Below the pieces are notes generated by a model. The model was not told the DNA's origin, did no database searches, and saw only the letters and a program-made list of their open reading frames with translations. Of a stretch of DNA of 64,000 nucleotides, positions 15,001 to 29,915 are shown one piece after another. A program made the position numbers and the translations under genes. The stretch is taken from contig OZ024740.1 in the NCBI GenBank assembly GCA_964016885.1, forward strand, positions 427,862,001-427,926,000, written 5' to 3'. How positions within the stretch are numbered: the stretch's first letter is position 1; each line of letters starts with the position of its first letter. This DNA is from Eledone cirrhosa (lineage: Eukaryota).

Positions 15001-18000
15001 CAGTGTACCATAGTTATATAAAACTCTACCCTATCTCACTGTACCATAGTTATATAAAACTCTACCCTATCTCAGTTTACCATAGTTATATAAAACTCTA
15101 CCCTATCTCAGTGTTGTATAGTTATATAAAAATCTACCCTATCTCAGTGTTGTATAGTTATATAAAACTCTACCCTATCTCAGTGTTGTATAGTTATATA
15201 AAACTCTACCCTATCTCACTGTACCATAGTTATATAAAACTCTACCCTATCTCACTATACCATAGTCATATAAAACTCTACCCTATCTCAGTGCACCATA
15301 GTTATATAAAACTCTACCCTATCTCACTATACCATAGTTATATAAAACTCTACCCTATCTCACTCTACCATAGTTATATAAAACTCTACCCTATCTCAGT
15401 GTTGTATAGTTATATAAAACTCTACCCTATCTCACTGTACCATAGTTATATAAAACTCTACCCTATCTCAGTGTACCATAGTTATATAAAACTCTACCCT
15501 CTCTCAGTGTTGTATAGTTATATAATACTCTACCCTATCTCACCGTACCATAGTTATATAAAAATCTACCCTATCTCACAGTACCATAGTTATATAAAAC
15601 TCTACCCTATCTCACTGTACCATAGTTATATAAAACTCTACCCTATCTCAGTGTACCATAGTCATATAAAACTCTACCCTATCTCAGTGTACCATAGTTA
15701 TATAAAACTCTACCCTATCTCAGTGTTGTATAGTTATATAAAACTCTACCCTATCTCAGTGTACCATAGTTATATAAAAATCTACCCTATCTCACTGTAC
15801 CATCGTTATATAAAACTCTACCCTATCTCACTGTACCATAGTTATATAAAACTCTACCCTATCTCAGTGTTGTATAGTTATATAAAACTCTACCTTATGT
15901 CAGTGTTGTATAGTTATATAAAACTCTACCCTATCTCAGTTTTGTATAGTTATATAAAACTGTTCGCTATCACAGTATACCATAGTTATATAAAACTCTA
16001 CCCTATCTCAGTGTACCATAGTTATATAAAACTCTACCCTATCTCAGTGTACCATAGTTATATAAAACTCTACCCTATCTCAGTGTACCATAGCTATATA
16101 AAACTCTACCCTATCTCAGTGTACCATAGTTATATAAAACTCTACCCTATCTCACTGTACCATAGTTATATAAAACTCTACCCTATCTCACTGTACCATA
16201 GTTATATAAAACTCTACCCTATCTCAGTGTACCATAGTTATATAAAACTCTACCCTATCTCACTGTACCATAGTTATATAAAACTCTACCCTATCTCAGT
16301 GTTGTATAGTTATATAAAAATCTACCCTATCTCAGTGTTGTATAGTTATATAAAACTCTACCCTATCTCAGTGTTGTATAGTTATATAAAACTCTACCCT
16401 ATCTCACTGTACCATAGTTATATAAAACTCTACCCTATCTCACTATACCATAGTCATATAAAACTCTACCCTATCTCACTGTACCATAGTTATATAAAAC
16501 TCTACCCTATCTCACTGTACCATAGTTATATAAAACTCTACCCTATCTCAGTGTTGTATAGTTATATAAAACTCTACACTATCTCACTGTACCATAGTTA
16601 TATAAAACTCTACCCTATCTCACTGTACCATAGTTATATAAAACTCTACCCTATCTCACTGTACCATAGTTATATAAAACTCTACCCTATCTCAGTGTTG
16701 TATAGTTATATAAAACTCTACACTATCTCACTGTACCATAGTTATATAAAACTCTACCCTATCTCACTGTACCATAGTTATATAAAACTCTACCCTATCT
16801 CACTGTACCATAGTTATATAAAACTCTACCCTATCTCAGTGTTGTATAGTTATATAAAACTCTACCTTATCTCAGTTTTGTATAGTTATATAAAACTCTA
16901 CCCTATCTCAGTGTTGTATAGTTATATAAAACTGTACGCTATCACAGTATACCATAGTTATATAAAACTCTACCCTATCTCAGTGTACCATAGTTATATA
17001 AAACTCTACCCTATCTCACTCTACCATAGTTATATAAAACTCTACCCTATCTCAGTGTACCATAGCTATATAAAACTCTACCCTATCTCAGTGTACCATA
17101 GTTATATAAAACTCTACCCTATCTCACTGTACCATAGTTATATAAAACTCTACCCTATCTCACTGTACCATACTTATATAAAACTCTACCCTATCTCAGT
17201 GTACCATAGTTATATAAAACTCTACCCTATCTCACTGTACCATAGTTATATAAAACTCTACCCTATCTCAGTTTACCATAGTTATATAAAACTCTACCCT
17301 ATCTCAGTGTTGTATAGTTATATAAAACTCTACCCTATCTCAGTGTTGTATAGTTATATAAAACTCTACCCTATCTCACTGTACCATAGTTATATAAAAC
17401 TCTACCCTATCTCAGTGTACCATAGTTATATAAAACTCTACCCTCTCTCAGTGTTGTATAGTTATATAAAACTCTACCTTATGTCAGTGTTGTATAGTTA
17501 TATAAAACTCTACCCTATCTCAGTTTTGTATAGTTATATAAAACTGTTCGCTATCACAGTATACCATAGTTATATAAAACTCTACCCTATCTCAGTGTAC
17601 CATAGTTATATAAAACTCTACCCTATCTCACTGTACCATAGTTATATAAAACTCTACCCAATCTCAGTGTACCATAGTTATATAAAACTCTACCCTCTCT
17701 CAGTGTTGTATAGTTATATAAAACTCTACCCTATCTCACTGTACCATAGCTATATAAAACTCTACCCTATCTCAGTGTTGTATAGTTATATAAAACTCTA
17801 CCCTATCTCAGTGTTGTATAGTTATATAAAACTCTACCCTATCTCACTGTACCATAGTTATATAAAACTCTACCCTATCTCACTATACCATAGTCATATA
17901 AAACTCTACCCTATCTCAGTGTACCATAGTTATATAAAACTCTACCCTATCTCACTATACCATAGTTATATAAAACTCTACCCTATCTCACTCTACCATA

Positions 18001-20458
18001 GTTATATAAAACTCTACCCTATCTCACTGTACCATAGTTATATAAAACTCTACCCTATCTCACTGTACCATAGTTATATAAAACTCTACCCTATCTCACT
18101 GTACCATAGTTATATAAAACTCTACCCTATCTCAGTGTTGTATAGTTATATAAAACTCTACACTATCTCACTGTACCATAGTTATATAAAACTCTACCCT
18201 ATCTCACTGTACCATAGTTATATAAAACTCTACCCTATCTCACTGTACCATAGTTATATAAAACTCTACCCTATCTCAGTGTTGTATAGTTATATAAAAC
18301 TCTACCTTATCTCAGTTTTGTATAGTTATATAAAACTCTACCCTATCTCAGTGTTGTATAGTTATATAAAACTGTACGCTATCACAGTATACCATAGTTA
18401 TATAAAACTCTACCCTATCTCAGTGTACCATAGTTATATAAAACTCTACCCTATCTCACTCTACCATAGTTATATAAAACTCTACCCTATCTCAGTGTAC
18501 CATAGCTATATAAAACTCTACCCTATCTCAGTGTACCATAGTTATATAAAACTCTACCCTATCTCACTGTACTATAGTTATATAAAACTCTACCCTATCT
18601 CACTGTACCATACTTATATAAAACTCTACCCTATCTCAGTGTACCATAGTTATATAAAACTCTACCCTATCTCACTGTACCATAGTTATATAAAACTCTA
18701 CCCTATCTCAGTTTACCATAGTTATATAAAACTCTACCCTATCTCACTCTACCATAGTTATATAAAACTCTACCCTATCTCAGTGTTGTATAGTTATATA
18801 AAACTCTACCCTATCTCACTGTACCATAGTTATATAAAACTCTACCCTATCTCAGTGTACCATAGTTATATAAAACTCTACCCTCTCTCAGTGTTGTATA
18901 GTTATATAAAACTCTACCTTATGTCAGTGTTGTATAGTTATATAAAACTCTACCCTATCTCAGTATTGTATAGTTATATAAAACTGTTCGCTATCACAGT
19001 ATACCATAGTTATATAAAACTCTACCCTATCTCAGTGTACCATAGTTATATAAAACTCTACCCTATCTCAGTGTACCATAGTTATATAAAACTCTACCCT
19101 ATCTCAGTGTACCATAGCTATATAAAACTCTACCCTATCTCAGTGTACCATAGTTATATAAAACTCTACCCTATCTCACTGTACCATAGTTATATAAAAC
19201 TCTACCCTATCTCACTGTACCATAGTTATATAAAACTCTACCCTATCTCAGTGTACCATAGTTATATAAAACTCTACCCTATCTCACTGTACCATAGTTA
19301 TATAAAACTCTACCCTATCTCAGTGTTGTATAGTTATATAAAAATCTACCCTATCTCAGTGTTGTATAGTTATATAAAACTCTACCCTATCTCAGTGTTG
19401 TATAGTTATATAAAACTCTACCCTATCTCACTGTACCATAGTTATATAAAACTCTACCCTATCTCACTATACCATAGTCATATAAAACTCTACCCTATCT
19501 CAGTGTACCATAGTTATATGAAACTCTACCCTATCTCACTATACCATAGTTATATAAAACTCTACCCTATCTCACTCTACCATAGTTATATAAAACTCTA
19601 CCCTATCTCACTCTACCATAGTTATATAAAACTCTACCCTATCTCACTGTACCATAGTTATATAAAACTCTACCCTATCTCACTCTACCATAGTTATATA
19701 AAACTCTACCCTATCTCAGTGTTGTATAGTTATATAAAACTCTACACTATCTCACTGTACCATAGTTATATAAAACTCTACCCTATCTCACTGTACCATA
19801 GTTATATAAAACTCTACCCTATCTCACTGTACCATAGTTATATAAAACTCTACCCTATCTCACTGTACCATAGTTATATAAAACTCTACCCTATCTCACT
19901 ATACCATAGTTATATAAAACTCTACCCTATCTCAGTGTACCATAGTTATATAAAACTCTACCCTATCTCACTGTACCATAGTTATATAAAACTCTACCCT
20001 ATCTCACTATACCATAGTTATATAAAACTCTACCCTATCTCAGTGTACCATAGTTATATAAAACTCTACCCTATCTCAGTGTACCATAGTTATATAAAAC
20101 TCTACCCTATCTCAGTGTACCATAGTTATATAAAACTCTACCCTATCTCACTGTACCATAGTTATATAAAACTCTACCCTATCTCACTCTACCATAGTTA
20201 TATAAAACTCTACCCTATCTAAGTGTACCATAGTTATATAAAACTCTACCCTATCTCACTGCACCATAGTTATATAAAACTCTACCCTATCTCAGTGTTG
20301 TATAGTTATATAAAACTCTACCCATCTCAGTGCACCATAGTTATATAAAACTCTACCCTATCTCACTGTACCATAGTTGTATAAAACTCTACCCTATCTC
20401 ACTGTACCATAGTTATATAAAACTCTACCCTATTTCAGTGTACCATAGTTATAAAAAA
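1..20458. repeat. 36-bp satellite, consensus GTTATATAAAACTCTACCCTATCTCA(C/G)TGTACCATA, about 570 copies, continuing off the left edge
   Basis: Monomer is directly readable. The 12-aa periodic ORF (YHSYIKLYPISL) confirms the 36-bp period. Recurrent variant monomers (..GTGTTGTATA.., ..CTGTACGCTATCACAGTATAC..) are visible. Confidence 0.99.
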
Positions 20459-20475
20459 TAGGATAGAAAGAATAA

Positions 20476-22288
20476 GAGAATAGAGGTGAGAATAGAGGTG
20501 AGAATGTATGTGAGAATGGAGGTGAGAATGGAGGTGAGAATAGAGGTGAGAATAGAGGTGAGAATAGAGGTGAGAATAGAGGTGAGAATGGAGGTGAGAA
20601 TGGAGGTGAGAATAGGGTTGAGAATAGAGGTGAGAATGGAGGTGAGAATGGAGGTGAGAATGGAGGTGAGAATGGAGGTGAGAATAGAGGTGAGAATGGA
20701 GGTGAGAATGGAGGTGAGAATAGAGGTGAGAATGGAGGTGAGAATAGAGGTGAGAATAGACGTGAGATGGAGGTGAGAATGGAGGTGAGAATAGAGGTGA
20801 GAATAGAGGTGAGAATAGAGGTGAGAATGGAGGTGAGAATAGAGGTGAGAATAGAGGTGAGAATGGAGGTGAGAATGGAGGTGAGAATAGAGGTGAGAAT
20901 AGAGGTGAGAATGGAGGTGAGAATAGAGGTGAGAATAGACGTGAGATGGAGGTGATAATAGAGGTGAGAATAGAGGTGAGAATAGAGGTGAGAATAGAGG
21001 TGAGAATAGAGGTGAGAATGGAGGTGAGAATGGAGGTGAGAATAGAGGTGAGAATAGACGTGAGATGGAGATGAGAATAGAGGTGAGAATAGAGGTGAGA
21101 ATAGAGGTGAGAATGGAGGTGAGAATAGAGGTGAGAATAGACGTGAGATGGAGGTGAGAATAGAGGTGAGAATAGAGGTGAGAATAGAGCTGAGAATAGA
21201 GGTGAGAATAGACGTGAGATGGAGGTGAGAATAGAGGTGAGAATAGAGGTGAGAATAGAGGTGAGAATAGAGGTGAGAATGGAGGTGAGAATGGAGGTGA
21301 GAATAGAGGTGAGAATGGAGGTGAGAATGGAGGTGAGAATGGAGGTGAGAATAGAGGTGAGAATAGAGGTGAGAATGGAGGTGAGAATAGAGGTGAGAAT
21401 AGAGGTGAGAATAGAGGTGAGAATGGAGGTGAGAATAGAGGTGAGAATGGAGGTGAGAATAGAGGTGAGAATGGAGGTGAGCATAGAGGTGAGAATAGAG
21501 GTGAGAATAGAGGTGAGAATGGAGGTGAGAATGGAGGTGAGAATGGAGGTGAGAATAGAGGTGAGAATAGAGGTGAGAATAGAGGTGAGAATGGAGGTGA
21601 GAATGGAGGTGAGAATAGAGGTGAGAATGGAGGTGAGAATAGAGGTGAGAATAGAGGTGAGAATGGAGGTGAGAATAGAGGTGAGAATGGAGGTGAGAAT
21701 GGAGGTGAGAATAGAGGTGAGAATGGAGGTGAGAATAGAGGTGAGAATAGAGGTGAGAATGGAGGTGAGAATGGAGGTGAGAATAGAGGTGAGAATGGAG
21801 GTGAGAATGGAGGTGAGAATGGAGGTGAGAATAGAGGTGAGAATGGAGGTGAGAATAGAGGTGAGAATAGAGGTGAGAATAGAGGTGAGAATGGAGGTGA
21901 GAATAGAGGTGAGAATGGAGGTGAGAATAGAGGTGAGAATGGAGGTGAGAATAGAGGTGAGAATGGAGGTGAGAATAGAGGTGAGAATAGAGGTGAGAAT
22001 GGAGGTGAGAATAGAGGTGAGAATGGAGGTGAGAATAGAGGTGAGAATGGAGGTGAGAATAGAGGTGAGAATGGAGGTGAGAATAGAGGTGAGAATGGAG
22101 GTGAGAATAGAGGTGAGAATGGAGGTGAGAATAGAGGTGAGAATAGAGGTGAGAATGGAGGTGAGAATAGAGGTGAGAATGGAGGTGAGAATAGAGGTGA
22201 GAATGGAGGTGAGAATGGAGGTGAGAATAGACGTGAGATGGAGGTGAGAATGGAGGTGAGAATAGAGGTGAGAATGGAGGTGAGAATG
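20476..22288. repeat. 12-bp purine-rich minisatellite GAGGTGAGAAT(A/G), about 150 copies, with occasional 11-bp GACGTGAGATG variants
   Basis: Directly readable; gives MEVR/IEVR periodic translation. Confidence 0.98.
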
Positions 22289-22313
22289 AGATATCGAGGA
22301 AACATCAGTCGGA

Positions 22314-22452
22314 GTACTAGACTGGTATTTTTTATCGACCTTGAATGGATATAAGGCAAATTTGCCATCGGTGGGATTCGAACTTAGAGAGCAGAGAGCC
22401 GAAACTAATACCGCAAACTATTCTATCCGACGCTCTAATGACGCTGCCAATT
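22314..22452 (-). mobile_element. Diverged tRNA-derived SINE copy
   Basis: Minus strand reads TGGCAGCGTCATTAG (A-box-like) ... GTTCGAATCCC (B-box, 22373-22383) ... GCCTTATATCC..GGTCGATAAAAAATACCAGT. This resembles the abundant octopus tRNA-SINE (from memory, not searched). Confidence 0.7.
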
Positions 22453-23416
22453 CTCTGCTTTATTAACCTTATAGTAAAGAGAAAATTACTCCAATACCTC
22501 CCAGTGATTTTGAACCTGGGAAGTTCTCTGATGAAAACATAAATCTAGAATACAACGCCAAATTACTGACATGGTTTACCAGTTAACACGGTGTTCCGAA
22601 TCTCTCAATAATTTTCCCTTCTAACACAATTTAATCATTGTGTAAAAATAAAGTTTAACTAGACTAAAATCACAATAAGTTCACCCTTACTAGATCCATG
22701 ATTTAATAGCTTTCAGCACTAAAATTTCTTTTGTGTGAAATGTTGACTTTTTCATCGTTCTGCTTACAGATCCTAACTAAAGTGTCAGAGAACGGACAGT
22801 AAAATTTGAAATCCCTATTAAATTATACGTGCAGTTGTCATCTGGGCTGGCAGATTGTCATCTATTGCTGTTGGACATTTGTTCACCCCTTTGGTCATAT
22901 CATTAATCACATAATGAGGTACAGTAAAACAGTCACAACTACTACTACGTTCCCTAACTGGGGATGTTTAAGTGAAGCACGATCGGATAGAATTACATCT
23001 AATTAAGACAATGACCCGACCTTAGCGGTAGGTGGCAAGTTAATTCTCTAGAGTGGCAGGTGAGTCTAGTTCATACACTTAATCGTTGCGACATTACCGG
23101 GTTGGTTTTCGTATTTCACTCTACTCCTTTCCTGTTCCTATATAAATATATGCAATAAAACCCCAAATTTGACGACATATAAAGTGAGATGGAAAGTTCA
23201 TAGGTTGACTAGTACTCGTGGTGGTTATTTTGTCATTGAAGGAAAACTACTGAACTGAAAAAGTACACTACAGCTGTTATTATCCATTTAAGATTCGATC
23301 TTAAGCATGTATGTATAAATGTATACATATACATATACACACATATACTCTGGTGCGCACACACCATACACAGGCACATACACACACATATGTATATATA
23401 TATTTACATATATATA

Positions 23417-23545
23417 GTAGGGTGTCAGGTCCCGATGGCTGAGCTCTTGCAGTTTCTATTATACCTACATTTTACTAATCTACTATCCTAAATATTGAGT
23501 ACTTTGCTGGATTATGGTCTTAGTTTAAACCAGTGTAATCCTGAT
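23417..23545. mobile_element. Degenerate fragment of the small palindromic Penelope-type pLTR family (same family as 23684 and 38788)
   Basis: Shares GGCTGAGCTC and CTACTA.CCTAA.TATTGAGTACT...TTATG with the 23684-23876 copy; flanked by microsatellites. Confidence 0.6.
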
Positions 23546-23558
23546 CTCTCTATATATT

Positions 23559-23919
<361 letters not shown>

Positions 23920-24200
23920 TTATATATATGTATACATATATATAATGTGGATAATATATTGTCAGATGCGAGTTTGAATCAACGACTTTCGTCAAATTAT
24001 CCCCGAACACTACACATTTGATGTGATTGTATAATTAAATTAAATCTGAAGACATAAAACCTAGTCCTATAGTTTGATGTACATTCATCATTTCATCACC
24101 AACTTTGCAAAATGACCCTTCTGTATCATATGTTATTTGTGTAAATCTTTTGTATGTGAATTGAAAAGCTATTGGTGCAGGATTCGGATAAAATGTGGAA

Positions 24201-27133
24201 TATATATTCACAGAGAGACTTATTAACATACAGTCTTATATATTCACATACAGTCTTATATATTCACATACAGTCTTATGTATTCACATACAGTCTTATG
24301 TATTCACATACAAGCTTATATATCCACATACAGTCTTATGTATTCACATACAGTCTTATATATTCACATACAGTCTTATATATTCACATACAGTCTTATA
24401 TATTCACATACAGTCTTATGTATTCACATACAGTCTTATGTATTCACATACGGTCTTATATATTCACATACAGTCTTATGTATTCTCATACAGTCTTATG
24501 TATTCACATACAGTCATATATTCACATACAGTTTTATATATTCACATACAGTCTCATGTATTCACAAACAGTCGCATATATTCACATACAGTCTTATGTA
24601 TTCACATACAGTCTTATGTATTCACATACGGTCTTATATATTCACATACAGTCTTATATATTCAAATACAGTCTTATGTATTCACATACAGTTTTATGTA
24701 TTCACATAGAGTCTTATGTATTCACATACAGTCTTATGTATTCACATAGAGTCTTATGTATTCACATACAATCTTATGTATTCACATACAGTCTTATATA
24801 TTCACATACAGTCTTATATATTCACATAGAGTCTTATATATTCACATACAGTCTTATATATTCACATACGGTCTTATATATTCAAATACAGTCTTATGAA
24901 TTCACATACAGTCTTATGTATTCACATACAGTTTTATATTTTCACATAGAGTCTTATGTATTCACATACAGTCTTATATATTCTTATACAGTCTTATGTA
25001 TTCACATACAGTCTTATGTATTCTCATACAGTCTTATGTATTCACATACAGTCTTATATATTCACATACAGTCTTATGTATTCACATACAGTCTTATATA
25101 TATATATTCACATATAGTCTTAAATATTCACATACAGTATTATATATTCACATACAGTCTTATATATTCACATACAGTCTCATGTATTCACATACAGTCT
25201 TATATATTCACATACAGTCTTATATATTCACATATAGTCTTATGTATTGACATACAGTCTTATATATTCACATACAGTCTTATGTATTCACATACAGTCT
25301 TATATATTCACATACAGTCTTATGTATTCACATACAGTCCTATATATATATATTCACATACAGTCTTATATATTCACATACAGTCTTATGTATTCACATA
25401 CAGTCTTATAAATTCACATACAGTCTTATGTATTCACATACAGTCCTATATATATATTCACATACAGTCTTATATATTCACATACAGTCTTATATAATTA
25501 CATAGTCTTATATATTCACATACAGTCTTATGTATTCACATACAGTCTTATGTATTCACATAGAGTCTTATATATTCACATACAGTCTTATGTATTCACA
25601 TACAGTTTTATATTTTCACATTCAGTCTTATATATTCACGTACAGTCTTCTGTATTCACATACAGTCTTATATATTCACATACAGTCTTATATATTCACA
25701 TAGAGTCTTATGTATTCACGTACAGTCTTATATATTCACGTACAGTCTTTTGTATTGATACAGAGTCTTATGTATTCACATACAGTCTTATGTATTCACA
25801 TACAGTCTTATGTATTCACATACAGTCTTATGTATTGACACAGAGTCGTCTTATATATCACATACTGTCTTATGTATTGACATACAGTCTTATGTATTGA
25901 CATACAGTCTTATGTATTCACATACCGTCTTATGTATTTACATACAGTCTTATATATTCACACACAGTCTTATGTATTCACATACAGTCTTATATAACCA
26001 CATAGAGTTCTATGTATTCACATACAGTCTTACGTATTCACATACAGTCTTATGTATTGACATACAGTCTTATATATTCACATACAGTCTTATGTATTCA
26101 CATACAGATTTATATATTCACATACAGTCTTATGTATTCACATACAGTCTTATGTATTGACATACAGTCTTATATATTCACATATAGTCTTATGTATTCA
26201 CATACAGTTTTATATATTCACATACAGATTTATATTTTCACTTACAGTCTTATGTATTCACATACAGTCTTATGTATTGACATACAGTCTTATGTATTCA
26301 CATACAGTCTTATGTATTCACATACAGTCTTATGTATTCACATACAGTCTTATGTATTCACACACAGTCTTATATATTCACATACAGTCTTATGTATTCA
26401 CATACAGTTTTATATATTCACATACATTCTTATGTATTCACATACAGTCTTATGTATTCGCATACAGTCTTATATATTCACATACAGTCTTAGGCATTCA
26501 CATACAGTCTTATGTATTCACATACAGTTTTATATATCCACGTACAGTTTTATATATTCACATACAGTCTTATATATTCACATACAGTCTTATGTATTCA
26601 CATATAGTCTTATGTATTCACATACAGTCTTATGTATTGACATACAGTCTTATGTAATGACACAGAGTTTTATATATTCACATACAGTCTTATGTATTGA
26701 CATACAGTCTTACGTATTGACATACAGTCTTATATATTCACATACAGTCTTATGTATTCACATAGAGTCTTATGTATTCACATACAATCGTATGTATTCA
26801 CATACAGTCTTATGTATTCACATACAGTTTTATATATTCACATACAGTCTTATGTATTCACATACAGTCTTATGTATTCACATAGAGTCTTATGTATTCA
26901 CATACAATCGTATGTATTCACATACAGTCTTATGTATTCACATACAGTTTTATATATTCACATACAGTCTTATGTATTCACATACAGTCTTATGTATTCA
27001 CATACAGTCTTATGTATTCACATACAGTTTATATATTCACATACAGTCCAATGTATTCAATTACAGTCTTATCTATTCACATACAGTCTCATGTATTCAT
27101 ATACAGTCTTAAATATTCACATATAGTCTTATA
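24201..27133. repeat. 20-bp satellite TATTCACATACAGTCTTAT(A/G), about 145 copies, degenerate
   Basis: Directly readable; periodic ORFs appear in all three plus frames. Confidence 0.97.
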
Positions 27134-27174
27134 CGCAGACATATCTAACGTTTGGCATATCTAAGAACCGACAA

Positions 27175-27230
27175 ACTGCCTGATGAGGTCATAGCCACTC
27201 AATGGCTATCATTGAAATATTTATAGCAGT
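27175..27230 (+). ncRNA. Minimal type I hammerhead ribozyme motif (canonical core) in a pLTR fragment
   Basis: ACTGC-CTGATGA-GGTCATAGCCA ctcaa TGGCTATCATT-GAAA-TATTTA-TA-GCAGT. Stem I is ACTGC/GCAGT. AATAAA follows immediately, and (TA)n starts about 45 bp later. Confidence 0.8.
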
Positions 27231-27272
27231 AAATAAAGGATTATGAGTTCATGCAATTGACTTATGTTTCGT

Positions 27273-27379
<107 letters not shown>

Positions 27380-27559
27380 GAGAGAGAGAGAGAACACTGG
27401 AAGGTAATATCCGTAGTGGTAGAGCACTCAGTCCATGGAACGAGTTCGGTAGAAGTGGTAACATAACAGTTAGTTCACCATACCGAGACAATTGTTTCAC
27501 CTCAGCGGATCCTCATACACCACAGATACTACAACTTTAATATAATAGAGTGTTGAAAT

Positions 27560-28000
27560 ATATTACATGCACACATATATATATGCACGTATCGGTTTAC
27601 CGAACATTTATTATAATGCTTGGTTTGTTTGTTTGTAAACAAACAAACAGCCCGAATTACGCCGTACAGTGTTTAGGCAACCACGTCACATTTTTGTTCA
27701 ACACTGACACAGGAACGATGTACTAGTTTGAAGCTTATTAGCTATCGTCAGCATCGTATACCTTCCTGCCAGATGGTTGAACGTCTGAAAGTATATACTT
27801 TCCTTATGCAAATTAACGGCTGAGCAGCCTAATTTGCATATCGAGTGAGTTCAGTCGGCCGGGCACACCGAAAACGATAAATGGAATAGAATGAAACAAA
27901 ATTTCATTTCTCACTCTTAGTACAGCACTTACTTAAATGTAAGTATGTATGTATACGTACATACTTATATGTATACAGACGTACAGTAGTATGTATATAT
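27560..28000. repeat. Dispersed repeat related to 29608-29857, with its blocks in permuted order
   Basis: Shared blocks CACTCTTAGTAC...GTATACAGACGTACAGTAGTA and CATGCACACATA...ACCGAACATT..TTCAACACTGACA.AGGAACG. Confidence 0.75.
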
Positions 28001-28229
28001 ATACACATATTTATATATATATATATAAATAACATATTAAAATTCAAGCAAAGAATTGCTGCTTTCACCCTTAACAGGATCTTCCCGTTTAGGGTGAAAA
28101 CACCGATTCTTTTCTTAAACTTTAATCTGTTATTTTAATAAATATTTGCTCTACATTTTTTACATATATTTATATATATATATATATTATCCTTATCGAT
28201 TTTAGACTTCACATATATTATCTCTATAA

Positions 28230-28236
<7 letters not shown>

Positions 28237-28261
<25 letters not shown>

Positions 28262-28305
28262 TTGTGTGTGTGAGTGTGTGTGTGTGTGTGTTTGGGAGTG
28301 TGAGT

Positions 28306-28386
<81 letters not shown>

Positions 28387-28395
28387 TGTGTGTGT
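28237..28395. repeat. (TG)n microsatellite
   Basis: Directly readable. Confidence 0.95.
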
Positions 28396-28995
28396 ATTTT
28401 TCTTCCAAGATGACCTATCTTTTGTTTTCGATTCCTAACGAAGGTATAATGTGATACGTGGGAGGTGTTTGACAGCTATTTCTAGCAGCTCTACGAACCA
28501 CATGGTGTCTCCTTCCTTGACCTGTTATATATCCTACAAATAACTGAAATAGGACAATCATGCTTTATTTCCATTAAGCGTTGATAAGTTTTATATTACA
28601 CTTATGGCTGTTCAATATATATTGTTAGTTTTTACTTTGATTCCATCAGTACTCATAGGAATAGGTATAAGATATATAGGTGGCGGTACTGGCGAAATTT
28701 GACTGGGAAAAAGTCTGCTTTCATTTAAGAGCCTTAATTAATGATTTCAGACATAAGTACAACTCTGGGAAGAAATAAGGTGCTCTCTGGGACACACGGC
28801 ATATCGTCTTTAATAATTTCACATTAGATTTAGTCATTAAATCCTATGTTCAGCTGTGACTTTTGTTGTTATTGTTGTAGTTATCGTTGTACCTAAGCTC
28901 CAGGTCAACACTCATTGGAAACACCTCTGATCAAAGACGTTCCAATCGTGACCCTCCACATATCGTTATCGAGCTTTTCATCCATTTTATCACAC

Positions 28996-29190
28996 GATAG
29001 TGGCAACCTAGTGCGTTCATATACCAGCCTAGATTCTTCTGCCCGCCAAGCCTAAGAAAGCAAACTGTCCCAGTATCGGCCTTTCTCAGATAAGTTTGTG
29101 GTAGATGTTGTAGCAGTGGAGACTTCCGACATTCTTGGACCCCGGACCACAGCTCTACTTACTGAGATCCGAGCAACGTTGGTCACTCGC
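28996..29190 (+). pseudogene. Decayed C-terminal fragment of an RLE-type (CRE-like) non-LTR retrotransposon protein
   Basis: Manual translation gives SSARQA*ESKLSQYRPFSDKFVVDVVAVETSDILGPRTTALLTEI. This matches the A..AE..K..KY...(F)..AVET.G..G...L..I pattern at the end of restriction-like endonuclease domains. Confidence 0.6.
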
Positions 29191-29476
29191 ATGTTCTCGT
29201 CGTTATCGTTGGTGTTGTTGTTGTTGGTGTTATTGTTGTGTAGTTGTGCACCCGTCTAGACTGTATAATTGATTAAATTATCGAAATAGTGCTTAAGGAC
29301 AAATAGAATCGAGTAATGTTTATTACATCCTATTTTATAAACTTTCAATTAACCAGGAAAATGAGGACATATTTTACATATTTAATGTAATGGATCTTTC
29401 CGAATGTAAGGTGTCACCTTTCCTGATTCTGTTAGTTCCGAACTAAACGGTCTTATACACCAGCAATACAATATCC

Positions 29477-29915
<439 letters not shown>

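Noticed and set aside
27-20222. 6731-aa ORF as a giant repeat protein
   Set aside because: It is the stop-free frame of a 36-bp satellite. There is no non-repetitive N- or C-terminus, the array continues past the stop, and variants are mostly non-synonymous.
1-20458. CRISPR array (36-bp repeat length)
   Set aside because: Monomers are directly adjacent with no unique spacers, there are no cas genes, and the context is eukaryotic.
27806-27840. Paired octamer motifs ATGCAAAT/ATTTGCAT as an enhancer
   Set aside because: They are the two arms of a hairpin inside a repeat, with no gene nearby to support a regulatory call.
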